Positions 1-8,963 of a stretch of DNA of 64,000 nt are shown here, piece after piece. How positions within the stretch are numbered: position 1 is the stretch's first letter; each line of letters begins with the position of its first letter. The notes beneath the pieces are model-generated. The model saw only the letters and a list, made by a program, of their open reading frames with translations, made no database searches and was not told where the DNA came from. The position numbers were made by a program, and so were the translations under genes. This DNA comes from an uncultured Gemmatimonadota bacterium (GTDB lineage: Bacteria; GCA-2686955), in assembly GCA_964490075.1 (NCBI GenBank), contig CAZBBK010000024.1, positions 1-64,000 of the forward strand, read 5' to 3'.

Positions 1-72
1 CCGGCGGATTGGCCTGGCCTGACTGGATCATCCCTGAGCAGGGGCTCCAGCCAGGATGGGAAAAACGGTACC

Positions 73-135
73 GGGCATGGGGCGGGATGAGCGGCGTTCC
101 GGGCGCTCTCCGCGTAGAGAGGCGCCAGATCGAAA
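73..135 (+). repeat. Copy A of a dispersed ~32-63 bp repeat family (core CGCTC..GCGTAGAG..CGCCAnATCGAAA)
   Basis: Aligns by eye with the reverse complement of 5231-5294 and with 5351-5382 and 5849-5880. Confidence 0.7.
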
Positions 136-143
136 CGTCAGCG

Positions 144-1694
144 TCAGCCCCCGCCCGCCCCGGCGAAGTGCGCCACACGGGTATCGTACTCGGGCTGCTC
201 GCGGCGCTTGCGCGCCCGCTTGTGGTAGGCGTGCAGGCCGAGCACCAGCCGCGCCACGATGTCGCTCTGGCGGAACTCGCGCTCCTGTGGATCGGCGCCG
301 GCCGTGACCTCGCGGCAGAGCTCCAGATGGCGGCGAATCGCCTCGCCCACGCGCTGGAAGCCGCGCGCCTCGAGATCGTAGAAACTGGCCAGCGCCGCGG
401 CGCTGCGCACATCGTCGTCGCGCAGGAAGTCGGCCGGATCGTGCAGCTCGCAGCGGTAGCTGAAGCCGACTCCGCGGAGCCGCTTCGACCCCAGCTCCAG
501 GAGGGAGCGGCTCACCGACTCGCTCTCGCGCGCCGAGCGGCTGGCCACCGCGTGGGTCAGGGCACGGCCGAAAGGCTTGCGCCAGGCCGGCATCCGGGGA
601 GTCGCCTGGTCGATCCCCGGCAGACAGGGCGGCTCCTGCTTGAGCACCAGCGCCAGATCGCGATGCAGCTGTTCGTCGCGGCGCCGCGGCGCGCTGAGCA
701 CCATCTGCCGCTGGGTTCCCGCTGCGTCGCCGGCGAAGAGGCGCTGGTCGAGCATCTCGGAGCCGAATTCGCGCAGATTGCCGACCGTGGCGCGGCCGTG
801 CTGGTAGACCGTGGGCGGACGGGTGCCGCGCAGGAAGAAGGCCTTGATCCGGTCGAAGAAGACCCGGCGCCGCGCGTCCTGGTAGACCTCGTACGAGCCG
901 ACCTGGACCACGTGCAGCTGATAGCCGGCGTCGGCGATGTAGTGCCAGGCGTTGCCCTGGAACTCGTGGCGCAGCCACTCGCCGCCGGGCCCGCCCCAGA
1001 GCTCCGCCAACGACGCCAGGTCGGTGAAGACTTGGGCCTGGTCGGCCCCGTAGGTCGCGGTGCCGGGTGGGACGGCGAAGAGCCAGGGCTGGCGGCGCAG
1101 GATCTCCGGATCCCGGGTCTTGGCGGCACGCACCAGCTGGCAGTGGGCATGAGCCTGGCTCGAGGGGCCCGATGCGTTTCCCATCAGGAGAATGGCGGGG
1201 TCGTACGGGAGCGGCGCCCGGGTCGCGGGATCGAGTCGCACGCGGCGTCTCGAATCGTGCAGATGGCGATCCTGGTTGCGCCGATCCTCATCCGGATGGC
1301 GCGCGCCCTCGGCCCATGCCTCGCCAGCGCGCCGCGGGCCTTCCGGGGCGATGTCGATGCCCCAGATGCGGGCTTGCGGGTTGAGCATCAGCCACTCTTT
1401 GAAGGCCCAGGCATCGAAATGCTCGGGGCTCGGAAAGCGGCCGCGGAAAAGCGCTCGGATCTCCATCTCGCGATGATCCGCCGCCTGCCGGTAGACCCAG
1501 TTCCGGAACGCCGCCAGATCTTGCTCGCTCGCCGGCGGCAGCATACGCTCCAGGCGCGTTCCCTCGGAGCGCCGCAGGGCGGCCTCGGCCAGCCAGCCAT
1601 GTACTTCGACACCGAACGCAAAGGCGTTCGGCGCCGCGAGGGGCACGAAGACCAACAGGATGACGAGGAGGAGCAGGGCTCGGATCCGGCGCAT
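144..1694 (-). CDS. Secreted phospholipase C / S1-P1 nuclease-like zinc hydrolase
   Basis: Signal peptide MRRIRALLLL...AFA, then FGVEVH (compare P1 nuclease WGALGH), RHPDED and GNAWHYIADAGYQLH (H-x3-D-x5-H zinc motif). Confidence 0.6.
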   Translation of the reverse strand: MRRIRALLLLVILLVFVPLAAPNAFAFGVEVHGWLAEAALRRSEGTRLERMLPPASEQDLAAFRNWVYRQAADHREMEIRALFRGRFPSPEHFDAWAFKEWLMLNPQARIWGIDIAPEGPRRAGEAWAEGARHPDEDRRNQDRHLHDSRRRVRLDPATRAPLPYDPAILLMGNASGPSSQAHAHCQLVRAAKTRDPEILRRQPWLFAVPPGTATYGADQAQVFTDLASLAELWGGPGGEWLRHEFQGNAWHYIADAGYQLHVVQVGSYEVYQDARRRVFFDRIKAFFLRGTRPPTVYQHGRATVGNLREFGSEMLDQRLFAGDAAGTQRQMVLSAPRRRDEQLHRDLALVLKQEPPCLPGIDQATPRMPAWRKPFGRALTHAVASRSARESESVSRSLLELGSKRLRGVGFSYRCELHDPADFLRDDDVRSAAALASFYDLEARGFQRVGEAIRRHLELCREVTAGADPQEREFRQSDIVARLVLGLHAYHKRARKRREQPEYDTRVAHFAGAGGG

Positions 1695-1872
1695 CGGCTT
1701 CACCACGGGGAGCGAAGACCCATAGCCGCGATGCACATCGGAACGGGACGGCGCAAAGGCGCACGCGGAAGCTTGGGCCCGGGGGGACGATATGTTGTTG
1801 TCCTATTGTTACCCAATTCGGCCTCTTCGCTCCACATCTACGCCGACCTCAGGGTCTCGCTCGGAGGACACG

Positions 1873-2733
1873 GTGCGTCTCTTGGCGATCAGCGATCTAC
1901 ACCTCTCGTACTCGGAGAACCGAGATCTGCTCCGGGCACTGCCGCGTCATGCCGAAGATTGGCTGGCGGTGGCCGGTGACCTGGCCGCCGGCCAGAGCGA
2001 CCTGCTGTGGGGGCTGGAATGCCTGCTGGAGCGTTTTGCGCGGGTCATCTGGGTGCCGGGAAACCACGAGCTCTGGTCCTCCGAAGGCCGCTCCGGTCCC
2101 GATCGCTACTCCGCGCTGGTCGCTCTCTGCCGCGAGCGCGGCGTGCTGACGCCCGAGGACCCCTTTCCGATCTGGGAAGGACCCGGTGGACCGGCTCTGA
2201 TCGCGCCGCTCTTCGCCCTCTACGACCACAGCTTCCGCCCGCCGCACGTGGCGCGCGAACGGGTGCGGCGCTGGGCTCGGCGCGCCGGCCTCGGGCCGGT
2301 CGACGCGCGGGCGATCGACCCGGCGCCCCATGCGAGCGTCGACGAATGGTGCGCGGAGCGGGTGCGATACTCGGAGCGGCGTCTGCTGGCGGCGGGAGCG
2401 GCGACCGCCGACCCGCCGCCGCGCAGCGTGCTGATCAACCATCATCCCTTGCGCGCCGACCTGGTCCGGCTGGTGCGGATCTTCCGCTTCGGCCCCTGGT
2501 GCGGCACCACGCGCACCGCAGACTGGCCGTGGCGCTTCGCCGCCTCGGTGGTGGTCTCCGGCCATCTGCACATGCCCGCGACGGAGTGGCGCCGGGGCGT
2601 GCGCTTCGAAGAGGTGTCGCACGGCTATCCCCACGAGCGCGCCGGGCGCTCCTCCGCCGAGCTCGATCTGCGGGAGATCCTGCCCGGCCCGGGGCCCAAA
2701 GAGGCGCACCCGGCCCCTCACTGGCGGCGCTGA
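1873..2733 (+). CDS. Calcineurin-like metallophosphoesterase (resembles the PptH/Rv2795c-type subfamily)
   Basis: SDLH, AGD, WVPGNHELW, NHHP and SGHLH motifs; GGAGG upstream of GTG at 1873. Confidence 0.85.
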   Translation: MRLLAISDLHLSYSENRDLLRALPRHAEDWLAVAGDLAAGQSDLLWGLECLLERFARVIWVPGNHELWSSEGRSGPDRYSALVALCRERGVLTPEDPFPIWEGPGGPALIAPLFALYDHSFRPPHVARERVRRWARRAGLGPVDARAIDPAPHASVDEWCAERVRYSERRLLAAGAATADPPPRSVLINHHPLRADLVRLVRIFRFGPWCGTTRTADWPWRFAASVVVSGHLHMPATEWRRGVRFEEVSHGYPHERAGRSSAELDLREILPGPGPKEAHPAPHWRR

Positions 2734-4106
2734 GCCGCCCACCAGTCGGAGCTCGGCCCCCCGAAAATCCCCTGGTCCGCGCGCCCCTCCCCGCGCGCCG
2801 GTCCCCCGGCATCACCGAGCCGCGCGTCGTGGTCCCCGCCGTCCACCGCCGGAGAGGCGTCGTCCAGCACGAAACCGTCGATGCCGTCGAGAGCCAGCGC
2901 CCAGGCGGAGCGCGCGCCGCCGAGCCCGTCCGCCTCGACCAGGCCGCGCCGCGGGTCGACGAAGAGCGGATCCAGGCCGGTTCGATTGGTCTCGTCGAGC
3001 GCCACGTTGGCGGGCTCCGAAGGATGCTGGATCAGGTTGTAGCGCAGCTCGATCCGGGCTTCGGGGCGCGGCGAGCCCTGCACGTGGATCGCTTCGCGCT
3101 GCGCGTGCTTCGGGTCCCGGCCGTTCATGTGAAAGATGTTGTTGCGCACGTCCGCCAGGGCCGCCACCAGGCGGCATTCGCGCTCCTTCGCCACCAGCTC
3201 GGCGGGACGGACCAGCAATCCCGCCGCGTCGTTGGCCAGGAAGAGGTTGTTGTAGATCGCGGTCGCCTCGCTTCCGCGCTGGCCGTCGAGCACCAGCCCG
3301 TGTCCGCCCAGCCTCCCCAGTCCGATCGGATGATCGATCGAGAAGGCGCCCGCGAAGAGGTTGTTGTGTACCCGCACCGCGCCGGGGAGCTGCAGGTGCA
3401 GCTGCGCCCGATGCGACCTCAATAAGACATTGTGGACGATCTCGAGATCCTGGCCCTCGGTCACGTGCACCCCCTCGGTGCCGCAACGGGCGATCAGGCA
3501 GTGCTCGATCCGCCCACTGGAGCGATGCAGCTCGATGGCGTTGCCACCCAGTCCCAGGAAGGCGCAGCGGCGCACCAGGATCCGGGAAGGTGCCTGGGCC
3601 AGACGAGCCGGATCGAGCGCATTCCAGCGCGTATCGCAGCCGCGGGTCTGAGCCGAGACACCGGCCTTGATGCCCACCAGGAGCGATTCAAAGGTGCAGT
3701 CGTTGACGCTGATTCGAGATTCGACGGCATCGCCGGCGGTCCAGGCGTTGAGCAGATGGATGCCGATCGACGAGTCTTCGCGACCTCGGAAGTCGATCCC
3801 GGAGACCGAGAGCTCGAAGGGAAGTGCCTGGCGATTGTCGATCTCGAGGATGCCCGCCCCATCCTCGCCCGGGGCCCAGCGCGCCGGCTCATCGCCGGCC
3901 GCGACCAGAGTGAGGCGCGAGAGACGGGCCGCATCGATCCGCAGCGATTCGCGGAACGAGCCATCGAGGGCGAGGGTGTCGCCGGCGGCGCAGGTCGCGA
4001 TCACCTCGCGCAGCGAGGATCGATCGCCCGACACCTCGATGGTGGTGCCGGACGCCGGGTGCAGGGCGGCCGCCGCCAGGGTGCAGAGAAGGGTCTTGGC
4101 GTCCAT
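2718..4106 (-). CDS. Secreted right-handed parallel beta-helix repeat protein
   Basis: Signal-like N-terminus; repeated I.HN / V.NNLF / I.NNLF / V.NNIF; C-terminal SPAVDGGD...RADQGIFGGP; GGAGG RBS. Confidence 0.75.
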   Translation of the reverse strand: MDAKTLLCTLAAAALHPASGTTIEVSGDRSSLREVIATCAAGDTLALDGSFRESLRIDAARLSRLTLVAAGDEPARWAPGEDGAGILEIDNRQALPFELSVSGIDFRGREDSSIGIHLLNAWTAGDAVESRISVNDCTFESLLVGIKAGVSAQTRGCDTRWNALDPARLAQAPSRILVRRCAFLGLGGNAIELHRSSGRIEHCLIARCGTEGVHVTEGQDLEIVHNVLLRSHRAQLHLQLPGAVRVHNNLFAGAFSIDHPIGLGRLGGHGLVLDGQRGSEATAIYNNLFLANDAAGLLVRPAELVAKERECRLVAALADVRNNIFHMNGRDPKHAQREAIHVQGSPRPEARIELRYNLIQHPSEPANVALDETNRTGLDPLFVDPRRGLVEADGLGGARSAWALALDGIDGFVLDDASPAVDGGDHDARLGDAGGPARGEGRADQGIFGGPSSDWWAAQRRQ

Positions 4107-4198
4107 GATCGGCGACCTCCGAAGGTCGAAAAGAGAGAGCAGGTCTATCTCTTTCAGGATCGGCCGATCGGCGCCTTGGATTCAGCTCCTCGAGTACC

Positions 4199-5140
4199 TC
4201 AATGCGACGCCAGCACCTCCTCGATGCTGCCGAAGGGGGCGGGTTGGTGCTGGTCGAAGTCGATCAGGCCGCCCGGAGTGGTGACGAAGGTCGCCCGGTA
4301 GCGGTGGTCCGCCGATTGCACCCGCACCATCTTCTCGCCGCCGTGGAAAGCCCAGTGTTCGCCGCGGCTGCCGAAATGCTCGATCGGGACTCCTTGGCGG
4401 GTCTTGATATGCCACTGCTCCGACTCGATGTCCCAGGTGCGATCGACCACGAACTCGATCACCTGCCAGAAGCTCCCCGAAGGCAGCACCCCCTGGTCCA
4501 CGTTGAGCCCGGAATCGTTCGGCAGCCCGAAGGCCATGCAGTGCGGAAAGCTGCGGGCGACGTGCATCAGGTCGCCCTCGCGCCCGCGTTCGTGGTGCAG
4601 AGTGGTGACCACGTTGCGCGCCAGGCTGAAGGCGTCGGAATCGTCCATCGGGTAGTGGGCGGCCGAGGAGAGCACCTCGCCGAGCTGGTCGGCGCCGGCC
4701 GAGAAGCCGACGGTGAGCAGCCCGCGCGCCTGGCGCTCGTGGAGGATCCGGCCGAAGCGCCCCGGTTCGGAGCCGAAGCGGGCGCCCAGCGCCTTGTAGC
4801 GGCGCAGCCCCAGCTCGCTGCTGCCGCCCGCCAGCAGCACCACCTGCGAGCTGTAGAGCAGGTGCCAGAAGCGATCGACGTCGTCGGGGCCGAGCCCGCT
4901 GGACCAGTAGAAAGGCACCAGCTCGAGGCCGTGCTGCGCGAAGCGGTTGAAGTACCAGTCGAAGGTCCCGGTCTCGTAGCGCTGGCGATCGTACTCGTCG
5001 CCGCCGTTCACGGTCTGCGACATCGGCAAGAGCAGGATGCGCTTGTTCTCGGTGCCCTGCAGCGCCCGTTCGATGATCAGATCATCGTGGATATGGCGGC
5101 AGCGATTGTGCGAGCTGTAGATCAGGCAGGTGCCCCGCAT
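4199..5140 (-). CDS. Peptidase E / cyanophycinase-like (S51, class I glutamine amidotransferase-like) protein
   Basis: LAGGS loop, nucleophile elbow GFSAGA, downstream TLHH; GGAG RBS before ATG at 5140. Confidence 0.65.
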   Translation of the reverse strand: MRGTCLIYSSHNRCRHIHDDLIIERALQGTENKRILLLPMSQTVNGGDEYDRQRYETGTFDWYFNRFAQHGLELVPFYWSSGLGPDDVDRFWHLLYSSQVVLLAGGSSELGLRRYKALGARFGSEPGRFGRILHERQARGLLTVGFSAGADQLGEVLSSAAHYPMDDSDAFSLARNVVTTLHHERGREGDLMHVARSFPHCMAFGLPNDSGLNVDQGVLPSGSFWQVIEFVVDRTWDIESEQWHIKTRQGVPIEHFGSRGEHWAFHGGEKMVRVQSADHRYRATFVTTPGGLIDFDQHQPAPFGSIEEVLASH

Positions 5141-5230
5141 GGTCGTCTCCGGCGATGGTAGATGAAGGGATGAGCGGGGGATTATGACTGAAATTGCGGG
5201 TTCTGGACAGATGTGGTTGCCGTCGCGGTA

Positions 5231-5294
5231 TTTCGACCTGGCGCCTCTCCGCGCAGCGAGCGCCCGGAACGCTTCCCATCCTGCCCCGACGCCC
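5231..5294 (-). repeat. Copy B of the dispersed repeat family
   Basis: Reverse complement GGGCGTCGGGGCAGGATGGGAAGCGTTCCGGGCGCTCGCTGCGCGGAGAGGCGCCAGGTCGAAA closely matches 73-135. Confidence 0.7.
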
Positions 5295-5350
5295 GCCCAT
5301 GTCCGACTCCCCGCCACAGCGGGCGAGGGCAGGCCATGTCGTACATCGGC

Positions 5351-5382
5351 CGCTCCATGTGTAGAGGTCCGCCACATCGAAA
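5351..5382 (+). repeat. Copy C (core only) of the dispersed repeat family
   Basis: CGCTCCATGTGTAGAGGTCCGCCACATCGAAA. Confidence 0.55.
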
Positions 5383-5474
5383 CCTCGGATCCCGGAAAGC
5401 CGGAATCCACACCCGCGTGAGAACCCCCTTCCACGGGCGCCCCCCTCGTTCCGGCGCCGTGGCATCAGCGCCGG

Positions 5475-5730
5475 AATCCGGTCGTAACTCGCGACTCCGA
5501 TCGAGGAGCCGAAAGTTGGGGCCAGATTCTGGTCACAACTCACGACTCTCGATCGAGAGTCGCGAGGTACGACGCGAATACGGTCGTGGCTCCGGGTTCA
5601 TCGCGATGAGAGGCGAGTTGTGACGGATATACGGTCGTAGCTCCGCACTCTCGACCGAGAGTGGCGAGTCTTGTCGCGAAAAGGCGTCATGGCTCGCGGC
5701 TCCGGGCGCGGAGCCGGGCTTTGTGTCGGG
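5475..5730. repeat. Tandem array of 4-5 imperfect palindromes with 51-bp period (REP/BIME-like)
   Basis: GGTC(G/A)Y(A/G)(A/G)CTC starts at 5480, 5531, 5582 and 5633, with a degenerate copy near 5685; each unit is self-complementary, e.g. GACTCTC-GATC-GAGAGTC. Confidence 0.75.
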
Positions 5731-5848
5731 GCCGGCCGCGGGGGCGGAGACGGCAACGACCCGACACGACCACAGCGCCAGCGGGTTCGACATCCACGCC
5801 GTCGTCGCCTTGGAAGCCGGCGACCGCCCAGGCCTGGAGCGTCGGTGC

Positions 5849-5887
5849 CGCTCCCCGCGTAGAGGCGCGCCATATCGAAACGACAGC
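5849..5887 (+). repeat. Copy D of the dispersed repeat family
   Basis: CGCTCCCCGCGTAGAGGCGCGCCATATCGAAACGACAGC versus copy A CGCTCTCCGCGTAGAGAGGCGCCAGATCGAAACGTCAGC. Confidence 0.7.
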
Positions 5888-6084
5888 TCCAGAATCGACC
5901 GGTTGACGCCACCACTCCGCGGTGTTTCAACACCAGTGATCGAAAATGGGGCGATGGATCGCGCCGCGGGGCGCGAGCCTGAGCTCCAGCGCCCACAAAG
6001 GGGGTCGTTGTATATCGCGGATGGGTGTCCAGGATCTCTCTCCCGTAGGAGCCTCTGTCCTTTTGCCTGAGTCGGCGCCGGCAA

Positions 6085-6775
6085 TCACGTCGAGCGAGGA
6101 CGATCAGATCGAGAACGGCGGCTTCGACGCCTCGTGGAGTCGAGCCGACGATCCGTACAAGAACGAGCGGCAGGCGCCCTTCCGGACGATGTGAGGGTCA
6201 CCGACGACCTGGACCGGCAGCCTTGCGACATGAGCGATCCGCCGCCCGAGGCGATCGTGGCGGCACTGCCGATCGAGATCGCCCCGGACGGTTGGCTGGA
6301 GATCGCCGGCAACGCGGTGCTGCCGCAGTTTTGCTACGACCGTGTCCCAGTACAAGGAGGATGTGCAAATGGGGTCGGACCCCGACAACTGCGAACCAGA
6401 ACGCCATCCGGACTCCGAGCGCACGCTGATGGTCGGTCAGCGCAACTTCGGTCACCAGAGCGCGACGGGCACCGCGCGCGCTTTTGTTCGCTTCGAGCCG
6501 GAGGGTCTTCCGAGCGAATCCGATGCGCCCTGGAATCATGTCTCGAGGGCGTTGCTGAGGCTTCTGGTCTATCGCCAGGACTACAGCGGTCGTCTCGACC
6601 GCAACTACGCCACCGGCTCACACTGGCTCGCCCCCGCCCGCATCGGCGCCTATCGAATCCCGGAGGAGCTGAAGTGGACCGAGACGGTGACCTGCACCGA
6701 TCCAGGCGATGGAGACGATCTTTGGCATGACGCCGCGCCCACCTGGAAGTCCTGGGTTGACTGGTGGCATTGGAA
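6085..6775 (+). pseudogene. Frameshifted remnant of an extracellular protein (DNRLRE-like segment ARAFVRFE..LP...ALLRLLV)
   Basis: Protein-like text continues across ORFs 5946-6194, 6134-6730 and 6342-6863, with frame changes near 6180 and 6345. Confidence 0.45.
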
Positions 6776-7577
6776 CGCGACGACTCCGCCGAGCTACCCG
6801 GACGGTTTGTGGTCACCTTTGCCAACGGGGAGGATTCGACCAGTGTTCTGGCGGGGCTGGTGATTACCGGCGGAAATGCGTACACGGGAGGTGGTGTGTA
6901 CTGCAGTGGGAGCGGACCGCGCCTGGTTCGCTGCACGATCCGCAACAACAGAGGCCGGATGGGCGGCGAACGAAGGAGGCGGAATCCACATCGACACGCC
7001 GGAGAGCGCGCGCATCGAGAACTGCATCATCGCGCGCAATCGAGCGCTGTGGGGCGGCGGCATCAACGAGGTGGCCGCCGCCACCCACTACGACCAGTGC
7101 ACCATCGTCGACAACGTGGCGACCGACGAAGGCGGCGCCATCTTCAACGCCTACTACTTCGCCCCGCCCCGCTCCCTCACCAACTCGATCGTCCGCGGCA
7201 ACACCCCCGACCAGTTCGATGGATTCACCGACTCCCTCACCGTCCGCTACTCCAACGTCCAGAACGGTTGGCCCGGCGAAGGCAACCTCGACCTCGACCC
7301 CCGCTTCCGCACCCTCGGTCCCTTCGAATACCTCCTTGGCCCCGCCTCCCCGAGCATCGATGCCGGCGATCCCACGGTCGACGACGCTCTCTCCGACTGG
7401 CATCCGCGCTGGCCGGCGCACCTGCCGAACGGCACGCGCTCAGATATGGGGGCCTACGGTGGACCGGAGAATCGGGGGTGGCTGGGCGCTCCTTGGGTGC
7501 CGGTGGTGGCAGCGGAGCCGCCGCCGGTGCGGCTCGGAGGCCGGTCGAATGAGGCGGGCGGCTCCACAACGAGATGA
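6764..7577 (+). pseudogene. N-truncated, frameshifted parallel beta-helix (GGGI/GGAI repeat) surface protein
   Basis: VVTFANGEDSTSVLAGLVITGG..GGGVYC..P.L..CTIRNN (frame of 6764) continues as GGGIHI...GGAIFN...SPSIDAGDP...RSDMGAYGGP (frame of 6876); shift near 6955. Confidence 0.7.
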
Positions 7578-7598
7578 GCGAGCCCCAACACCCCAACA

Positions 7599-8462
7599 TC
7601 AGCTCCCGTTCAACCTCCAGTCGTAGTCCATGGTGCGCAGCTCGTAGCCCCCGGCGCGCGCAGCCGCGGCGGCGCTCTCCTCGCCGCCGAACAGGGCGAT
7701 GAAAGCGAGCACCGCCGGCGCCCGCCCGGCGCGCTCGGCGTGGCGCTCGAAATCCTCTCGATACCAGTCGTAGAGCGCCGAGAGATGGACCACCTTGGCT
7801 TCGTGGTCGAAGCGCACGTGGCGCGGATCGCTGGTGAGCTCGAGGGTCGCGGCGTCGAGCTCGGACTCGAGGGTCGCGGCGGACCAGGCGGCGCGGCGCA
7901 GGCGCGGGCAGGAGATCGAGGCGCAGTTGATCGCGGCATGGATGCGGGCGTCGTCGAAGCGCATTCGCAGGATCTCGTTTTCCAGGTCGTGCAGGTTGAT
8001 CTCATGGCCGTCCAGGCGGAAGCGCAGGCCGTAGAAGAAGCCGAATCCGCCGCCGGGGGCCAACGCGGCGCGCACCTCGCGCACCGACTCGATCGGCCAG
8101 TGCTCGACCACGCCGAGCAGCACGAATGCGTTGTAGGCGTTCAGGTAGTAGGCCAGACGGTGGCCGGCGCTCGGAAAGCGCTCCGGAGCGGTGGCCGGGC
8201 CGGCGACCGCCAGCAGCGCGCAGTAGGCGCGCAGCGCGCTCGAGTCGCGCACCAGCGCCGGGTAGTCGACGCCGGTGGGACCGACCACCTTCCGCAGCAC
8301 CCCGTCGAGCAGGTCGTGCGGGAATCCGGGCGCCGTGAAAGGCGGCGGCTCGGTCCCTGCCTCGATGGTGCGCATCCCGATGGCGCCGCAGGCGCTGGCC
8401 GCGGCCAGGGTCCAGATCGCCAGCAACAGGGCGCAGGCTCTTCGCGGCATCGGTCTCTTCAT
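7599..8462 (-). CDS. DUF547 domain-containing exported protein
   Basis: VDY, LAYYLNAYNA, LENEILR, DARIHAAINCASISCP and YDWRLN motifs. Confidence 0.9.
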   Translation of the reverse strand: MKRPMPRRACALLLAIWTLAAASACGAIGMRTIEAGTEPPPFTAPGFPHDLLDGVLRKVVGPTGVDYPALVRDSSALRAYCALLAVAGPATAPERFPSAGHRLAYYLNAYNAFVLLGVVEHWPIESVREVRAALAPGGGFGFFYGLRFRLDGHEINLHDLENEILRMRFDDARIHAAINCASISCPRLRRAAWSAATLESELDAATLELTSDPRHVRFDHEAKVVHLSALYDWYREDFERHAERAGRAPAVLAFIALFGGEESAAAAARAGGYELRTMDYDWRLNGS

Positions 8463-8492
8463 GGGTCGGCATTCCCGGCTGCGGAGGGTGGG

Positions 8493-8963
8493 TCAGTCGG
8501 AGCCAGAGTAGGTCGTGGAATCGCCGCCTACTCCGATCCGCTCGCGAAAAGCGGCCGGGAAAGGGGCCGCCGCGAAGCTCCGGGCGCCGCTGTCGCGGCT
8601 CACGAAGCAGACCACCAGGGCGCCGGTGGCGATCGCCGTGCGTTCCCGTCCCGCGCCGCGGCTGAACTCGAAGGAGTAACGAACCGCGCGGCTGCCCAGC
8701 TCTTCCACCTCCAGTCGAACATCGAGGATCTCCTGAAAGCGCGCGGGGTTTAGGAAGTCGCACTCGGCGTGCACTCGCGGCAGTCCCCAGCTCTGCTCGA
8801 ACGACTCCGCGCCGAGATCGAAGCCGACCGCCCGGTAGAAATCGTGCTCCGCCTCCTCCATGTAGCGAAAGAAGCTCGTGGAGTGCACGATGCCCGCCAT
8901 GTCGGTCTCGTGAAACTCGATCCGGCGCCGGTAGAGGTGCTCGGAACAGATCTTCATCAGCAT
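8493..8963 (-). CDS. Acyl-CoA thioesterase (YbgC/4HBT hot-dog family)
   Basis: FHETDMAGIVH...FFRYMEEAE; start overlaps the upstream stop (alternative start 8957). Confidence 0.9.
   Translation of the reverse strand: MLMKICSEHLYRRRIEFHETDMAGIVHSTSFFRYMEEAEHDFYRAVGFDLGAESFEQSWGLPRVHAECDFLNPARFQEILDVRLEVEELGSRAVRYSFEFSRGAGRERTAIATGALVVCFVSRDSGARSFAAAPFPAAFRERIGVGGDSTTYSGSD

Noticed and set aside
9-1979. 656-aa plus-strand ORF
   Set aside because: Antisense shadow of the signal-peptide-bearing minus-strand gene
4130-4154. Inverted repeat AAAGAGAGAG-CAGGT-CTATCTCTTT as a terminator
   Set aside because: The AT-rich stem has a mismatch and no clear U-tract; it could be an operator but there is no support
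5475-5730. CRISPR array
   Set aside because: Units are degenerate whole palindromes with no identical repeats or unique spacers, and there are no cas genes in the window
6186-6200. TGA at 6192 as selenocysteine
   Set aside because: Protein-like sequence continues in a different frame, indicating a frameshift rather than read-through
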